Source: Pristiophorus japonicus (taxonomy: Eukaryota). Taken from it: DNA of 64,000 nt. The notes beneath the pieces are model-generated. The model was given only the letters and a program-made list of their open reading frames with translations, searched no databases and was not told the origin of the DNA. Position numbers and translations under genes: made by a program. How positions within the stretch are numbered: the stretch's first letter is position 1; each line of letters starts with the position of its first letter. The stretch lies in the NCBI RefSeq assembly GCF_044704955.1, contig NW_027254409.1, positions 310,001 through 374,000 of the forward strand. Direction: 5' to 3'. Positions 12,195 through 25,400 of this stretch are shown piece by piece.

Positions 12195-12307
12195 CACACG
12201 TATTATTTGTTGTTGTTTGTCTATTTACAGATTGACAGCGAGAGATTCTTCAAGCAAGCCATATGGCCATTTTGCCTTTGACTATTTGTTAATTATAGAG
12301 TAATAAG

Positions 12308-13648
12308 ATGAAACTATATATTGTGACCGGTGCGATTATCATAGTTCATGTTTGGTCCGGCCTGCTAGCTAGACCGAAACGAGAGTTACATGTGAATACC
12401 TTTTTATACATGTCTTATGTTTACGCGCAAAATGGGAACTTTTCTGGTTGCTGGGTATGTTTGCACATCCCCATACATAGCAAAGGAGGCATCCCTTTGA
12501 GGTCAATCTCCCTCAACATTTCGGAAGTAGTGGAGTGGGTAATAAAGAAACGTGGAGATGGGGGGGGTTACCTTTTGGATGCATTGATGGATGGTACCAG
12601 CCGGAATACAATAGGTCGGTACGACACCCATTCATGGTTTTGACCAACACCTCAGGAGTTGGAAGGCTCACCGCTGACATTTGTTTCACTCGAAACCTGA
12701 CTGGTGAGGAAACAGGTTTTGAGCAGGATATAGCAATTGTACGCAATACTTTAACCTCACCAGGTGGAACATAACAGACAGCGAAACAATAAACCAGGGG
12801 TTCCTTGAAATGAAGGGTTTGAAGAATCAGACAAGTAGCCAGGACTGGGACCCTGAGATTAGGTGGCGACGGGGGCTGAGAGAGAGAGATTGGGATCGAA
12901 TCTAAAAGCATACAATGGCACTTATTTTGTGTGCGGGCACAAGGCCTACCCCTGGTTGCCACAGGATTGGAGGGGGTCCTGTTATTTGGGATATGTGGTC
13001 AGCTTTGTCAGACGGCTACATACTTTAGCAGAAGCACAGACACCAGGTCGAATATGACGAGCTCTTACCCCGGTAGAGAGGCTATTTGGGGTCATGATGC
13101 TCCCATTCGGGATAGGACGCACCATGGATGAATTAGGTAACCTAGAGAGGGTACTGGAACAGATAGTTAACGACATTGCTGAAGCAATGGAGGGCATAAC
13201 GGCTGAAATGGTAGCCATGCGCACAATGGTACTCCAGAACCGAATGGCCCTAGATACTAGCACAAAGTGGGGGCACATGTGCTTTAATTGGAGCTGAATG
13301 TTGCACTTACATTCCCGATAATTCAGAAAACATAACCAACCTCGCTGATCACATAAGAAGGGACGTAAAGAAGTTATCCACGACAGCAGGAGGATCTGGC
13401 TGGTTTGACTGGCTGTTAGGGGAATCCTGGGGGTCCTATCTTATGCATGGAGTAATTATTCTGGTTGTAATAATAATTACTTGCTGTCTGATTATCGGGT
13501 GTTTTAATATCTGCTGTAAAGTTATGATGGCCCGACTGATCCAGTAGCCAGTGTAATCGCCGAAGAAGCAGCAGCACACCTGATGGAAATACCTGAAGAC
13601 ACCAAGGATGAAGAAACAGACGACGTTGACACTGACCACTATCTTTGA
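12308..13648 (+). pseudogene. env: Retroviral env (gamma-type), disrupted
   Basis: Signal peptide MKLYIVTGAIIIVHVWSGLLA, CWVC motif, GTYFVCG..AYPWLP..WRGSCYLG, decayed furin site RI*R (~13049-13060), immunosuppressive domain LQNRMALD, CX6CC (CALIGAECC), TM helix and an acidic tail ending TGA at 13646-13648. Splice acceptor TTTACAG at ~12230. Confidence 0.92.
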
Positions 13649-13780
13649 AGGGTAGCCTAGAGCTACTGGCAAGGTGGACATACGGAACATCAGGGAAGTA
13701 ACATACCCCAAAGGACGAATATATGACACCATGCTACGATCATTGTGGTCATCTAGATTTCGCGAACATCCTCCAGGACC

Positions 13781-13791
13781 AAAAGGGGGAA
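13781..13791 (+). promoter_or_regulatory. Polypurine tract
   Basis: AAAAGGGGGAA, 3 nt upstream of the 3' LTR. Confidence 0.85.
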
Positions 13792-13794
13792 TAT

Positions 13795-14366
13795 TGTTGG
13801 AGCGGATTTTTGGACATATACTTGACTAGTATACGGGACCAAACATTTGTTTTTATTTTCCCCTTGAATGAATTTTGTAAGGGACAATACTGATGTAATA
13901 TGCTTTATACAAAAAAACACAGTTAGACTTCAAGGTATGCTGACCTTGAGTTATGGAGATAGGAAAGTGAGATAATGAACGACTGGAGAGATAAGTGGGG
14001 GTATGTTTGTCTATACCAGTGCCAAAAAGCCTGCCACTTGTTTTTTTATTGATAAAAGGGGAACTAGTCCTCTTGGATGTATATAATTCCTGTCACAATG
14101 CGAGGCTGGTTTATATCAAGAGCTCAGCCTTGGACAGTAATTGTATGAAAAGCTTTGTAAACTTTGTAATGCGACTTAAGGACTAGTGCTAAAGCACGTG
14201 ATGTAAAGTGACGTAATTTGTAAGATAAAAGAAGCTCACTGGAGATATCAAATTGAGAAGCTGGTTCAGAGACAGGGGTATCCAACACTTCTCCCAAAGC
14301 TTTGTCTCCGATTTAATAAACCTCTTTTTATATATTATACAATCTCGGAAATATTTTTCCACAACA
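13795..14366 (+). repeat. 3' LTR
   Basis: Direct repeat of 9054-9619, followed by the CCCC TSD. Confidence 0.96.
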
Positions 14367-14504
14367 CCCCACAGCATCTCTCTCTAAACCAATCACATCA
14401 AATAATTGGCAAAGGTTTAGAATCAACTAGATGAATAAGTAAACAAATCACAGCCGAATAACCTAGCTCTATTTTCACAGGAGAAAGTCTGTTATCTAAC
14501 GCCT

Positions 14505-14805
14505 CGAATGTCAATTGGTGAGATGAGCGACTGAATCACTTTCCACGTGCAACAGCATCCATTCCCACTGTCCCCACATTTACAGTGTTGAGTCAGGTGG
14601 GCGCACGAGTCTCACAGGCTGAACGATTGGTTGAAGGTACATTCACACACAGAACATGTGTCCTGTTTCTCCCCGCTGTGATTGGTGCTTTTACAAAGGC
14701 TGATGATAAGGTGATCCTAATCAATCCAGGGAATCTCTCAAATCTTGACGTGATGTCCGGTTTGAGTTTCCCAGCTGCAGATCCTCCTCTTCTAATACCC
14801 TGCAA
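14505..14805 (-). pseudogene. Degenerate 5' part of a C2H2 zinc-finger coding exon
   Basis: Minus strand has an acceptor TTTGCAG, then HSGEKQDTCSVCECTFNQSFSL* and CKCGDSG remnants. Confidence 0.6.
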
Positions 14806-16545
14806 ATGGTGGTTACAAACGTTGTTAGATTAAGTAAAGGATTGAAATTCAGAACACACTATTCCAGATTCTACAGAACATCCTGTCCTCTCCTGTCCCC
14901 CCTAAGCTGTAAATTCCTTATTCAAGACTCTCCCCTCCATCCTCACTCTCTAAAATCAACATTCCTTTCATCGCCTGAGATGTATTATCTCCAGAAAGTG
15001 CTGAATCTGGCTGGGTGCAATTCCACAGACATTAGAAAACCTCTCGTGCCTCACCGTCAGTCGACACAGTGAGTGCCAGCAGGATTCCCACTTTGGTAGG
15101 CATCACAGCCTCAAATCCTGTCCTCAAATGACATCCACACTCTTCCCAGTTGACGTCACTTGATCGGTCTGAAGAGCAGGGGCAGTGTCTGATTTTTACT
15201 CTTATTTAGCCCAATGGTATTGAGGACAATTATAACGCCTGAACTGCTGCCTTGGCTGAGGTCAACCAACAGCCCAGATCAAGGATTAAACTTGGGACCT
15301 TCCCAGTCAGTATTGTAGTGTTCTAAAATTTGGGGGGTTGGGGAAGGATTAGAACAGAATATTTTGAAACAAATTTTACTCCACCTTTAAATGAAATCTT
15401 CCTCACACTGCACAATTCTGGACTCTTTCCAAATTATACAATTGGATCATCAAAATCAGTGAGACATTTTAGAAATGTTCAAGTAACTGAAATGGACAGC
15501 TTTACAATCACTGCACAGTACAGAAGGGAGCGACTGTCAATGGGAACTCTGTTAGTGAAGTCCTCCGACACCCCAAGATAAACTGGACTGTCCCTTTAAC
15601 TATAAAGAAGCAGAGAAAGGGGAGTCCCGGTTCCTTTAAATACCTGCCCCATTCCCCCAGGCAGTGGGAGGAGGAACAGCGCACGGTCTCTTTATATCCT
15701 GACCCGGCAAGCACCGCCGGATGGGCTGCCGCAGGGTCCTAAAATGCACATCGTAAAAACGGTCGGGTTGAGCAGAACAATTGAAAAGGGCAAACACAGA
15801 GTCTTTGCTATATATATAAATATTTATGTGTGTTTGTAAACAAAACACGACACTCTTAATGTTTGCTAGTCAATTCCACAGAGATAAATAATTATTTTCA
15901 CCAATTATTTTCCAACAATTTATTTCCATTCTGTTTACAATGCAATTGCGGGGTGTTTAATAACTTTACCATTTATTGATAACACATTGTCTTGTGTGCT
16001 CTTGTTCAAAAGGTGACGTCACATTGACCATTCTGTTACAAGGTGACCATGTCTGTCTGCAGTAATCAGTGGGAAAGTGGATTAAATCACATCGAGGATA
16101 ATGAGCAGCCCCCACCCCCCCGCCCTCCCCGCCGTCTCTGCGCTTTATTGTCCAGTGATCATCGCACCGTCACACAGAAGCTCCTGAGATTTACCTCCAG
16201 TGGGAAAGAGGAGCTGGGGTGAGGAGTTGTATGTAGAGAGGGAGTTGAAGAGTCGGGTTGAAGGAGGTGTATGAGTGAAAGGGATTTACTGAAATTAATC
16301 ACCTCTGTTGTGCTATGATGCGGTTCATTTTTATTTTAAAATGTTTATAATTCACTGAAGTTAAATGCGGGGCAGCAGTTACTTGTGGGCACTGGGTTGT
16401 TTCTGTTGAATTAATGTGGACCGTGTTAATTGGGAATAGACTGAGTGGGATCATTCTGTGCTGAATGCAATGCTGGGCTGCGGGTTTGCACTCAGTCCCA
16501 GTGACGAGGTGCTTTCGACAACAAATCCAAAAACTACTCGCATTG

Positions 16546-16730
16546 TGACACCAAACCCAGGGACCGCTTACACTGAGACACCAAATCCAGGGACCACTTA
16601 CACTGAGACACCAAATCCAGGGACCACTTACACTGAGACACCAAATCCAGGGACCACTTACACTGCGACACGAGATCCTTGGACCAGTTATACTGAGGCA
16701 CCAAATCCAGGGACCACTTACACTGAGACG
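16546..16730. repeat. 30-bp minisatellite, ~6 copies
   Basis: ACACCAAATCCAGGGACCACTTACACTGAG repeated; explains the TPNPGTTYTE ORF. Confidence 0.92.
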
Positions 16731-16936
16731 ACAAAATTACACAGGATTTACGACACACAAATGGGCCATTCGGAATAACCAGTCCATGCTGGCGTTTGTG
16801 CACCTTTCGGGAATTAGAGAGTCTTAGTGTGGGCAATGGTCATGATGCTGAAACCAGCTCTAGTGAGGGCAAAAGCTGAGTAATGGATGAAGATATGACG
16901 GTGGCATCACATGGTGACTGGTGGAGCCTGGTACAG

Positions 16937-17690
16937 GAACATAAGTAGGAACAGGAGTCGGTCACCTGGCCCCTCATGGCTGATCTGATCATGGACTCAG
17001 CTCCACTTTCCTGCCCGTTCCCCATAACCCTTTATTCCTTTATTGCTGAAAAATCAACGTATCTCCGCCTTAACTATATTCAATGACCGAGCCTCCACAG
17101 CTCTCTGGGGCAGAGAATTCCACAGATTTACAACCATCTGAGAGAAGAAATTCCTCCTCATCTCAGTTTTAAATGGGCGGTCCCTTATTCTGAGACTTTG
17201 CCCCTTAGTTTTAGTTTCCCCTGTGCGTGGAAATATCCTCTCTGCAAGCATATTGTCGAGCTTCCTCATGATCCTATATTTTTCAATAAGATCACCTCTC
17301 ATTCTTCTGAACTCCAATGAGTATAGGCCCAACCTACTCAACCTATCTTCATAAGTCAATCACCTCATCACTGCAATCAACCCAGTGAACTTTCTCTGAA
17401 CCACCTCCAATGCAAGTATATTCCTCCTTAAATACGGAGATGAAAACTGTATGCAGTACTCTTGGTTTGGATTCACCAATACCTTGTGCAGTTGCAGCAG
17501 AAATTTTCAGCTTTTCTAATCCATCCCCCTTGCAATAAAGGTCATCATTCCATTTGCCTTCCTGATTACTTGCTGTACCTGCATACTAACGCTTTGTGTT
17601 TCATACACAAGGACCAATAACTCCCTCTGTATTGCAGCACTTTGCAATTTTTCTCCATTTAAATTATAATTTGCTTTTCTATTTTTTTCA
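16937..17690 (-). mobile_element. CR1/HER1-like LINE 3' fragment
   Basis: YEDRLSRLGLYSLEFRRMRGDLIE...RRNFFSQMVVNLWNSLP, followed by 3' UTR and tail. Confidence 0.92.
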
Positions 17691-17993
17691 ATTTTGTAAT
17701 AGGTTATTGTCAGAAGCACTTTTCAGACAGGCTGATAATTTGATGTAACCAGCACAGCAAACGTATACGTCTGTTCTTGTTCCAAAATACCAAAATCTAA
17801 TGTCCCTAATTAAATGTTCGGTGAGATTATGTAGAGAAGGGAGGAAATGAGGCTTGCAGGAAAGAAGGTTCTTTGAATGAACAGTTTGTGAGGCAGGTTT
17901 GTGACTCGTCTGCATGAGGTTAAAGGCATGAAATGGAAAAGGACACAACCAGTGACACTTATATTGTCAATAATGGTTTCTGTGTTAATTACT

Positions 17994-18530
17994 CATCATC
18001 ATAGGCTGTTCCTCGGAATCAAGGAAGACTTGCTTCCACTCCTGTAGTAAGTTCTTTGGTGGCTGAACAATCCAATACGAGAGCCACTGACTTGTCACAG
18101 ATGGGGCAGATAGTCGTTGAGGGAACGGGTAGGTGGGACTGGTTTGTGTACGCTCTTTCTGCTGCCTGCACTTGATATCTGCATGCTCTCGGCGTTGAGA
18201 CTCGAGGTGTTCAGAGAATTACTATCTCCTAAGCCTCATCATCATCATCATAGACAATCCCTCGAAATTGAGGAAGAAATGCTTCCACTCTAAAAGTGAG
18301 TTCTCAGGTGATTGTACAGTGCAATATGGGAATTATAGTCACTGTCACTGGTGGGACAGACAGTCGCTGATGGAAAGTCTGGGTGAGGAGTCTGCTTTGT
18401 CAGATGCTCCTTCCACTACCTTCGCTTGTTTTCTGCATGCTCTCGGCGATGAGACTCGAGGTGTTCAGTGCCTTCCTGGAAGCTCTTCCCTCGCTTATGG
18501 TGGACTTTGGCCAGGGATTCCAAGGTGCCT
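17994..18530 (-). mobile_element. Two adjacent RTE-clade LINE 3' fragments (17994-18215 and 18236-18530)
   Basis: Each ends on the minus strand in GAGTGGAAGCA...CCTC...(TGA)n. Translation HRREHAENKRR...VCPTSDSDYNSHIALYNHLRTH resembles the RTE ORF C-terminus. Confidence 0.7.
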
Positions 18531-19142
18531 AATATCCTACTGACTATCCCAACCACTAACCCCAATCCTAACAAATAACAACAACCACTAAACCCTAAAC
18601 CCGCGCCCAAACCCAGTCCCGAATCAAAGGTTGTTCACAGGGATCAGTGGAGGAGCTAAAGACCCGATAATGGAAGTATTTCAACAATTATCTTGATGCA
18701 AGAAATTCTGCAAGCTATGTTAGTAACAAGAAATTATATCAACAAAACTATTACATCAGGAAAGACAGTTAAAAAGATCACACATTTCAAAGACGATTAC
18801 ATATAGTAACCACATTCAAAAAGCATTAAACAATGTACAAAATAATAGATTTCCAGTCTTAAGCAACATAATACTTTCAATGGTTGCTTGAAAGGAATGT
18901 CATATGAGTGTAATGTGAAACATTCCGGTTCAGTTTATGACACCCACAAGCCGTATACTCATAGAGAACAACCTTGGTATTTGATATCATAAAAGATCAA
19001 CTGGGGTAGAAGTGAAATAATCTATAGTAAGAAAAGGCCCAAAATGGAACAGTCGGTAACAGAACATTAATTAGTTATTATTATGGAGAAATCAAACATT
19101 CGACACACTGTGTTTGAACCAAGCTGATTTATTCAATATTTA

Positions 19143-19463
19143 TAGAAACATAGAAAATAGGTGCAGGAGTCGGCCATTTGGACCTTCGAGCCTGCACCGC
19201 CATTCAATGAGTACATGGCTGAACATGCAACTTCAGTACCCCATTCCTGCTTTCTCACCATACCCCTTGATCCCCCGAGTAGTAAGGACTACATCTAATT
19301 CCTCTTTGAATATATTTAGTGAATTGGCCTCAACAACTTTCTGTGGTAGAGAATTCCACAGGTTCACCACTCTCTGGGTGAAGAAGTTTCTCCTCATCTC
19401 GGTCCTAAATGGCTTACCCTTATCCTAAGACTGTGACCCCTGGTTCTGGACTTCCCCAACATT
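19143..19463 (-). mobile_element. CR1 3'-end fragment (TAGAAACA-tail subfamily)
   Basis: Near-identical inverted copy of 24541-24869. Confidence 0.92.
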
Positions 19464-19464
19464 A

Positions 19465-22400
19465 ATAAGAACATAAGAACAGAAGAACATAAGAATTAGG
19501 AACAGGAGTTGGCCATCTAGCCCCTCAAGCCTGCTCCGCCACCCAACAAGATCACCGCTGATCGAGCCGTGGACTCAGCTCCACTTACGCGCCCGCTCCC
19601 CATAACCATTAATTCCCTGACTGGTTAAAAATCTATCTATCTGTGATTTGAATATATTCAATGAGCTAGCCTCAACTGCTTCCTTGGGCAGAGAATTTCA
19701 CAGATTCACAACCCTCTGGGAGAACAAATTCCTTCTCAACTCGGTTTTAAATTGGCTCCCCCGTATTTTGAGGCTGTGCCCCCTAGTTCTAGTCTCCCCG
19801 ACCAGTGGAACAACCTCTCTGCCTCTATCCTGTCTATCCCCTTCATTATTTTAAATGTTTCTATAAGATCACCCCTCATCCTTCTGAACTCCCAACGAGT
19901 AAAGACCCAATCTACTCAATCTATCATCATAACGTAACCCCCTCTTCTCCGGAATCAGCCTCGTGAATCGTTCTGTACCCCTACCAAAGCTAATATATCC
20001 TTCCTTAAGAAAGGTGACCAAAACTGCACGCAGTACTCCAGGTGCGGCCTCAACAATACCCTGTACAGTTGCAGCAGGACCTCCCTGCTTTTTACTCCAT
20101 CCCTCTCGCAGTGAAGGCCAACATTCCATTTGCCTTCCAGATTACCTGCTGCACCTGCAAATTAACTTTTTGGGATTCATGGACGAGGACCCCCAGATCC
20201 CTCTGCACTGCAGCATGTTGTAATTTCTCCCCTTTCAAATAATATTCCCTTTTACTGTTTTTTGTCCCAAGGTGGATGAACTCACATTTTCCGACATTGT
20301 ATTCCATCTGCCAAACCTTAGCCCATTCGCTTAACCTATCTAAATCTCTTTGCAGCCTCTTTGTGTCCTCACACAACCCGCTTTCCCACTAATCTTTGTG
20401 TCATCTGCAAATTTTGTTACACTACACTCAGTCCCTTCTTCCAGGTCATCTATGTATATTGTAAACAGTTGTGGTCCCAGCACCGATCCCTGTGGCACAC
20501 CACAAACCACCGATTTCCATCCCGAAAAGGACCAATTTATCCCGACTCTCTGCTTTCTGTTAGCCAGCCAATTCTCGATCCATGCTAAAACATTTCCTCT
20601 GACTCCGCGTACATTAATCTTCTGCAGTAACCTTTTGTGTGGCACCTTATCGAATGCCTTTTGGAAATCTAAATACACCACAACCATCTGTACACATCTA
20701 TCCATCATGCTCTTTATATCCTCAAAGAATTCCAATAAATTAGTTACACATCATTTCCCCTTCATGAATCCAGCTTGCGTCTGCTTGATTGCAGTATTCC
20801 TATCTAAATGTTCCGCTATTTCTTCCTTCATGATAGCTTCAAGCATTTCCCCACTACAGATGTTAAACTAACCGGCCTATAGTTACCTGCTTTTTGTCTG
20901 CCCCCTTTTTTAAACAGAGGCGTTACATTAGCTGCTTTCCAATCCGACGGCACCTCCCCAGAGTCCAGAGAATTTTGGTAGATTATAACGAAAGCATTTG
21001 CTATAACTTCCGCAATCTCTTTTAATACCGTGGGATGCATTTCATCAGGACCAGGGGACTTGTCTACCTTGAGTCCCATTAGCCTGTCCAGCACTACCCC
21101 CCTAGTGAAAGTGATTATCTCAAGGTCCTCCTTTCCCACATTCCCGTGACCAGCAATTTTTGGCATGGTTTTTGTGTCTTCCACTGTGAAGACCGAAGCA
21201 AAATAATTGCTTAAGTTCTCAGCCATTTCCACATTTCCCATTATTAAATCCCCTTTCTCATCTTCTAAGGGAACAACATTTACTTTAGTCACTCTTTTCC
21301 ATTTTATATATCTGTAAAAGCTTTTACTATCTGTTTTTATGTTTTGTGCAAGTTTACATTCATAATCTATCTTCCTCTTCTTTATTGCTTTCTTAGTCAT
21401 TCTTTGATGTCGTTTAAAATTTTCCAACTCTTCTAGTTTCCCACTAACCTTGGCCACCTTATACGCATTGGTTTTTAATTTGATACTCTCCTTTATTTCC
21501 TTGGTTATCCACGGCTGGTTATCCCTTCTCTTACCACCCTTCTTTTTCACTGGAATATATTTTTGTTGAGCACTATGAAAGAGCTCCTTAAAAGTCCTCC
21601 ACTGTAACTCAATTGTGCCACCGTTTAGTCTGTGTTCCCAGTCTACTTTAGCTAACTCTGCCCTCATCCCACTGTAGTCCCCTTTTTTAAGCATAGTACG
21701 CTCGTTTGAGACACTACTTCCTCACCCTCAATGTGTATTACAAATTCAACCATACTGTGATCAATCATTCCGAGAGGATCTTTTACTGTGAGAACGTTTA
21801 GTATTCCTGTCTCATTACACAGGACCAGATCTAAGATAGCTTGCTCCCTTGTAGGTTCTGTAACATACTGTTCTAAGAAACTATCCCGTATGCATTCTAT
21901 GAATTCCTCCTCAAGGCAAAGAACAAAAAGGGCCACTGTACAGCAAAATTGTAAAAGGACAAAGGGTGTTAAAAAAAAAGCCTGAAGTCTTTGTGTCTTA
22001 ATGCAAGGAGTATCCGCAATAAGGTGGATGAATTAACTGTGCAAATAGATGTTAACAAATATGATGTGATTGGGATTACGGAGACGTGGCTCCAGGATGA
22101 TCAGGGCTGGGAACTCAACATCCAGGGGTATTCAACATTCAGGAACGATAGAATAAAAGGAAAAGGAGGTGGGGTAGCATTGCTGGTTAAAGAGGAGATT
22201 AATGCAATAGGAAACACATTAGCTTAGATGATGTGGAATCTATATGGGTAGAGCTGCAGAACACTAAAGGGCAAAAAACGTTCGTGGGAGTTGTGTACAG
22301 ACCTCCAAACAGTAGTAGTGATGTTGGGGAGGGCATCAAACAGGAAATTAGGGCTGCATGCAATAAAGGTGCAGCAGTTATAATGGGTGACTTTAATATG

Positions 22401-25400
22401 CACATAGATTGGGCTAGCCAAACTGGAAGCAATACGGTGGAGGAGGATTTCCTGGAGTGCATAAGGGATGGTTTTCTAAACCAATATGTCGAGGAACCAA
22501 CTAGGGGGTTGGCCATCTTAGACTGGGTGTTGTGTAATCAGAGAGGATTAATTAGCAATCTCATTGTGCGAGGCCCCTTGGGGAAGAGTGACCATAATAT
22601 GGTGGCATTCTGCATTAGGATGGAGAATGAAACAGTTAATTCAGAGAACTTAAAGAAGGGAAATTTTGAATGTATGAGGCGTGAATTGGCGAGGATAGAT
22701 TGGCGAATGATACTTAAGGGGTTGACTGTGGATGGGCACTGGCAGACATTTAGAGACCGCATGGATGAACTACAAATATTGTACGTTCCTGTCCAGCGTA
22801 AAAATAAAAAAGGGAAGGTGGCTCAACCGTGGCTATCTAGGGAAATCAGGGATAGTATTAAAGCCAAGGAAGTGGCAAACAAATTGGCCAGAAATCACAG
22901 CGAACCCGGGGACTGGGAGAAATTTAGAACTCAGCAGAGGAGGACAAAGGGTTTGATTAGGGCAGGGAAAATGGAGTACGAGAAGTAGCTTGCAGGGAAC
23001 ATTAAGGCGGATTGGAAAAGTATTTATAGGTATGTAAAGAGAAAAATGTTAGTAAAGACAAACGTAGGTCCCCTGCAGTCAGAATCAGGGGAAGTCATAA
23101 CGGGGAACAAAGAAATGGCAGACCAATTGAACAAGTACTTTGGTTCGGTATTCACTCAGGAGGACACAAATAACCTTCCGGATATAAAAGGGGCCAGAGG
23201 GTCTAGTAAGGAGGAGGAACTGAGGGAAATCTTTATTAGTCGGAAAATTGTGTTGGGAAAATTGATAGGGTTGAAGGCCGATAAATCCCCAGGGCCTGAT
23301 GGACTGCGTCCCAGAGTACTTAAGGAGGTGGCCTTGAAAATAGCGGATGCATTGACAGCCATTTTCCAACATTCCATTGATTCTGGATCAGTTCCTATGG
23401 AGTGGAGGGTAGCCAATGTAACCCCACTTTTAAAAAAAGGAGGGAGAGAGAAAATAGGGAATTATAGACCGGTCAGCCTGACCTCAGTCGTGGGTAAAAT
23501 GATGGAATCAATTATTAAGGATGTCACAGCAGCGCATTTGGAAAATGGTGACATGACAGGTCCAAGTCAGCATGGATTTGTGAAAGGGAAATCATGCTTG
23601 ACAAATCTTCTGGAATTTTTTGAGGATGTTTCCAGTAAAGTGGACAAAGGAGAACCAGTTGATGTGGTATATTTGGACTTTCAGAAAGCTTTCGACGAGG
23701 TCCCACACAATAGATTAATGTGCAAGGTTAAAGCACATGGGATTGGGGGTAGTGTGCTGACGTGGATTGAGAACTGGTTGGCAGACAGGAAGCAAAGAGT
23801 AGGAGTAAATGGGTACTTTTCAGAATGGCAGGCAGTGACTAGTGGAGTACCGCAAGGTTCTGTGCTGGGACCCCAGCTGTTTACATTGTACATTAATGAT
23901 TTAGACGAGGGGATTAAATGTAGTATCTCCAAATTTGCGGATGACACTAAGTTGGGTGGCAGTGTGAGCTGTGAGGAGGATGCTATGAGGCTGCAGAGTG
24001 ACTTGGATAGGTTATGTGAGTGGGCAAATGCATGGCAGATGAAATATAATGTGGATAAATGTGAGTTTATCCACTTTGGTAGTAAAAACAGAGGCTCAGA
24101 CTATTATCTGAATGGTGACAGATTAGGAAAAGGGGAGGTGCAACGAGACCTGGGTGTCATGGTACATCAGTCATTGAAGGTTGGCATGCAGGTACAGCAG
24201 GCGGTTAAGAAAGCAAATGGCATGTTGGCCTTCATAGCGAGGGGATTTGAGTACAGTGGCAGTGAGGCGTTGCTACAGTTGTACAGCGCCTTGGTGAGGC
24301 CACACCTGGAGCATTGTGTGCAGTTTTGGTCTCCTAACTTGAGGAAGGACTTCTTTGCTATTGAGGGAGTGCAGCGAAGATTCACCAGACTGATTCCCGG
24401 GATGGTGGGACTGACCTATCAAGAAAGACTGGATCAACTGGGCTTGTATTCACTGGAGTTCAGAAGAATGAGAGGGGACCTCATAGAAACGTTTAACATT
24501 CTGACGGGTTTAGACAGTTTAGATGCAGGAAGAATGTTCCCAATGTTGGGGAAGTCCAGAACCAGGGGTCACACTCTAAGGATAAGGGGTAAGCCATTTA
24601 GGACCGAGATGAGGAGAAACTTCTTCACCCAGAGAGTGGTGAACCTGTGGAATTCTCTACCACAGAAAGTAGTTGAAGCCAATTCACTAAATATATTCAA
24701 AAGGGAGTTAGATGAAGCCCTTACTACTCGGGGGATCAAGGGGTATGGCGAGAAAGCAGGAAGGGGGTACTGAAGTTTCATGTTCAGCCATGAACTCATT
24801 GAATGGCGGTGCAGGCTAGAAGGGCTGAATGGCCTACTCCTGCACCTATTTTCTATGTTTCTATGTTTCTACCCCGTGTGATTTCATTTGACCAATCGAT
24901 ATGTAGATTAAAATCCCCCATGATTACTGCTGTTCCTTTTTCACATGCCTCCATTATTCCCTTGATTATTGTCCGCTCCACCGTGAAGTTATTATTTGGG
25001 GGCCTATAAACTAAGCCCATCAGTGACTTTTTCCCCTTACTATCTCTAATCTCCACTCACAATGATTCAACATTTTGTTCATTAGAGCCAATATCGTCTC
25101 TCACAACTGCCCTGATATCATCCTTTATTAACAGAGCTAACACCCCTCCTTTCCCGTCTTGTCTATCTTTCCGAATTGTCAGATAACCTGTATGTTTAAT
25201 TCCCAGTCTTGGCCACCCTGCAACCTCGTTTCTGTAATGGCCACCAAATCATACCCATTTGTAATGATTTGTGCCGTCAACTCATTTACATTATTTTGAA
25301 TGCTGCGTGCGTTTTGGTAGAGTATTTTAATACTAATTTTTACACCATGATTTTTAGTTTTGACCCCTCCTGCAGCCCCTTTATATTCATACATATTGTT

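Larger units (their letters stand above)
9054..14366 (+). mobile_element. Endogenous retrovirus (class I, gamma/epsilon-like), internally deleted provirus
   Basis: Two ~570-bp LTRs (TGTTG...CAACA), 4-bp TSD CCCC (9050-9053 and 14367-14370), PBS, PPT, integrase and env remnants. Confidence 0.96.

Noticed and set aside
8829-14501. Possible older solo LTR (TGTTA...TAACG) hosting the ERV
   Set aside because: No matching TSD, and the putative left end lies within the ZNF 3'-flank sequence that is also seen at 19040-19115.
16458-16778. Mucin-like TPNPGTTYTE ORF
   Set aside because: Fully explained by a 30-bp minisatellite; no splice or gene context.
18545-18620. Telomere-like CCCTAA stretch
   Set aside because: Very degenerate, with only one exact unit; indistinguishable from low-complexity sequence.
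23046-24773. 575-aa RT ORF as a domesticated or functional gene
   Set aside because: It is the distal part of a CR1 ORF2 with an upstream stop and frameshift, no promoter or ORF1, and a normal LINE tail.
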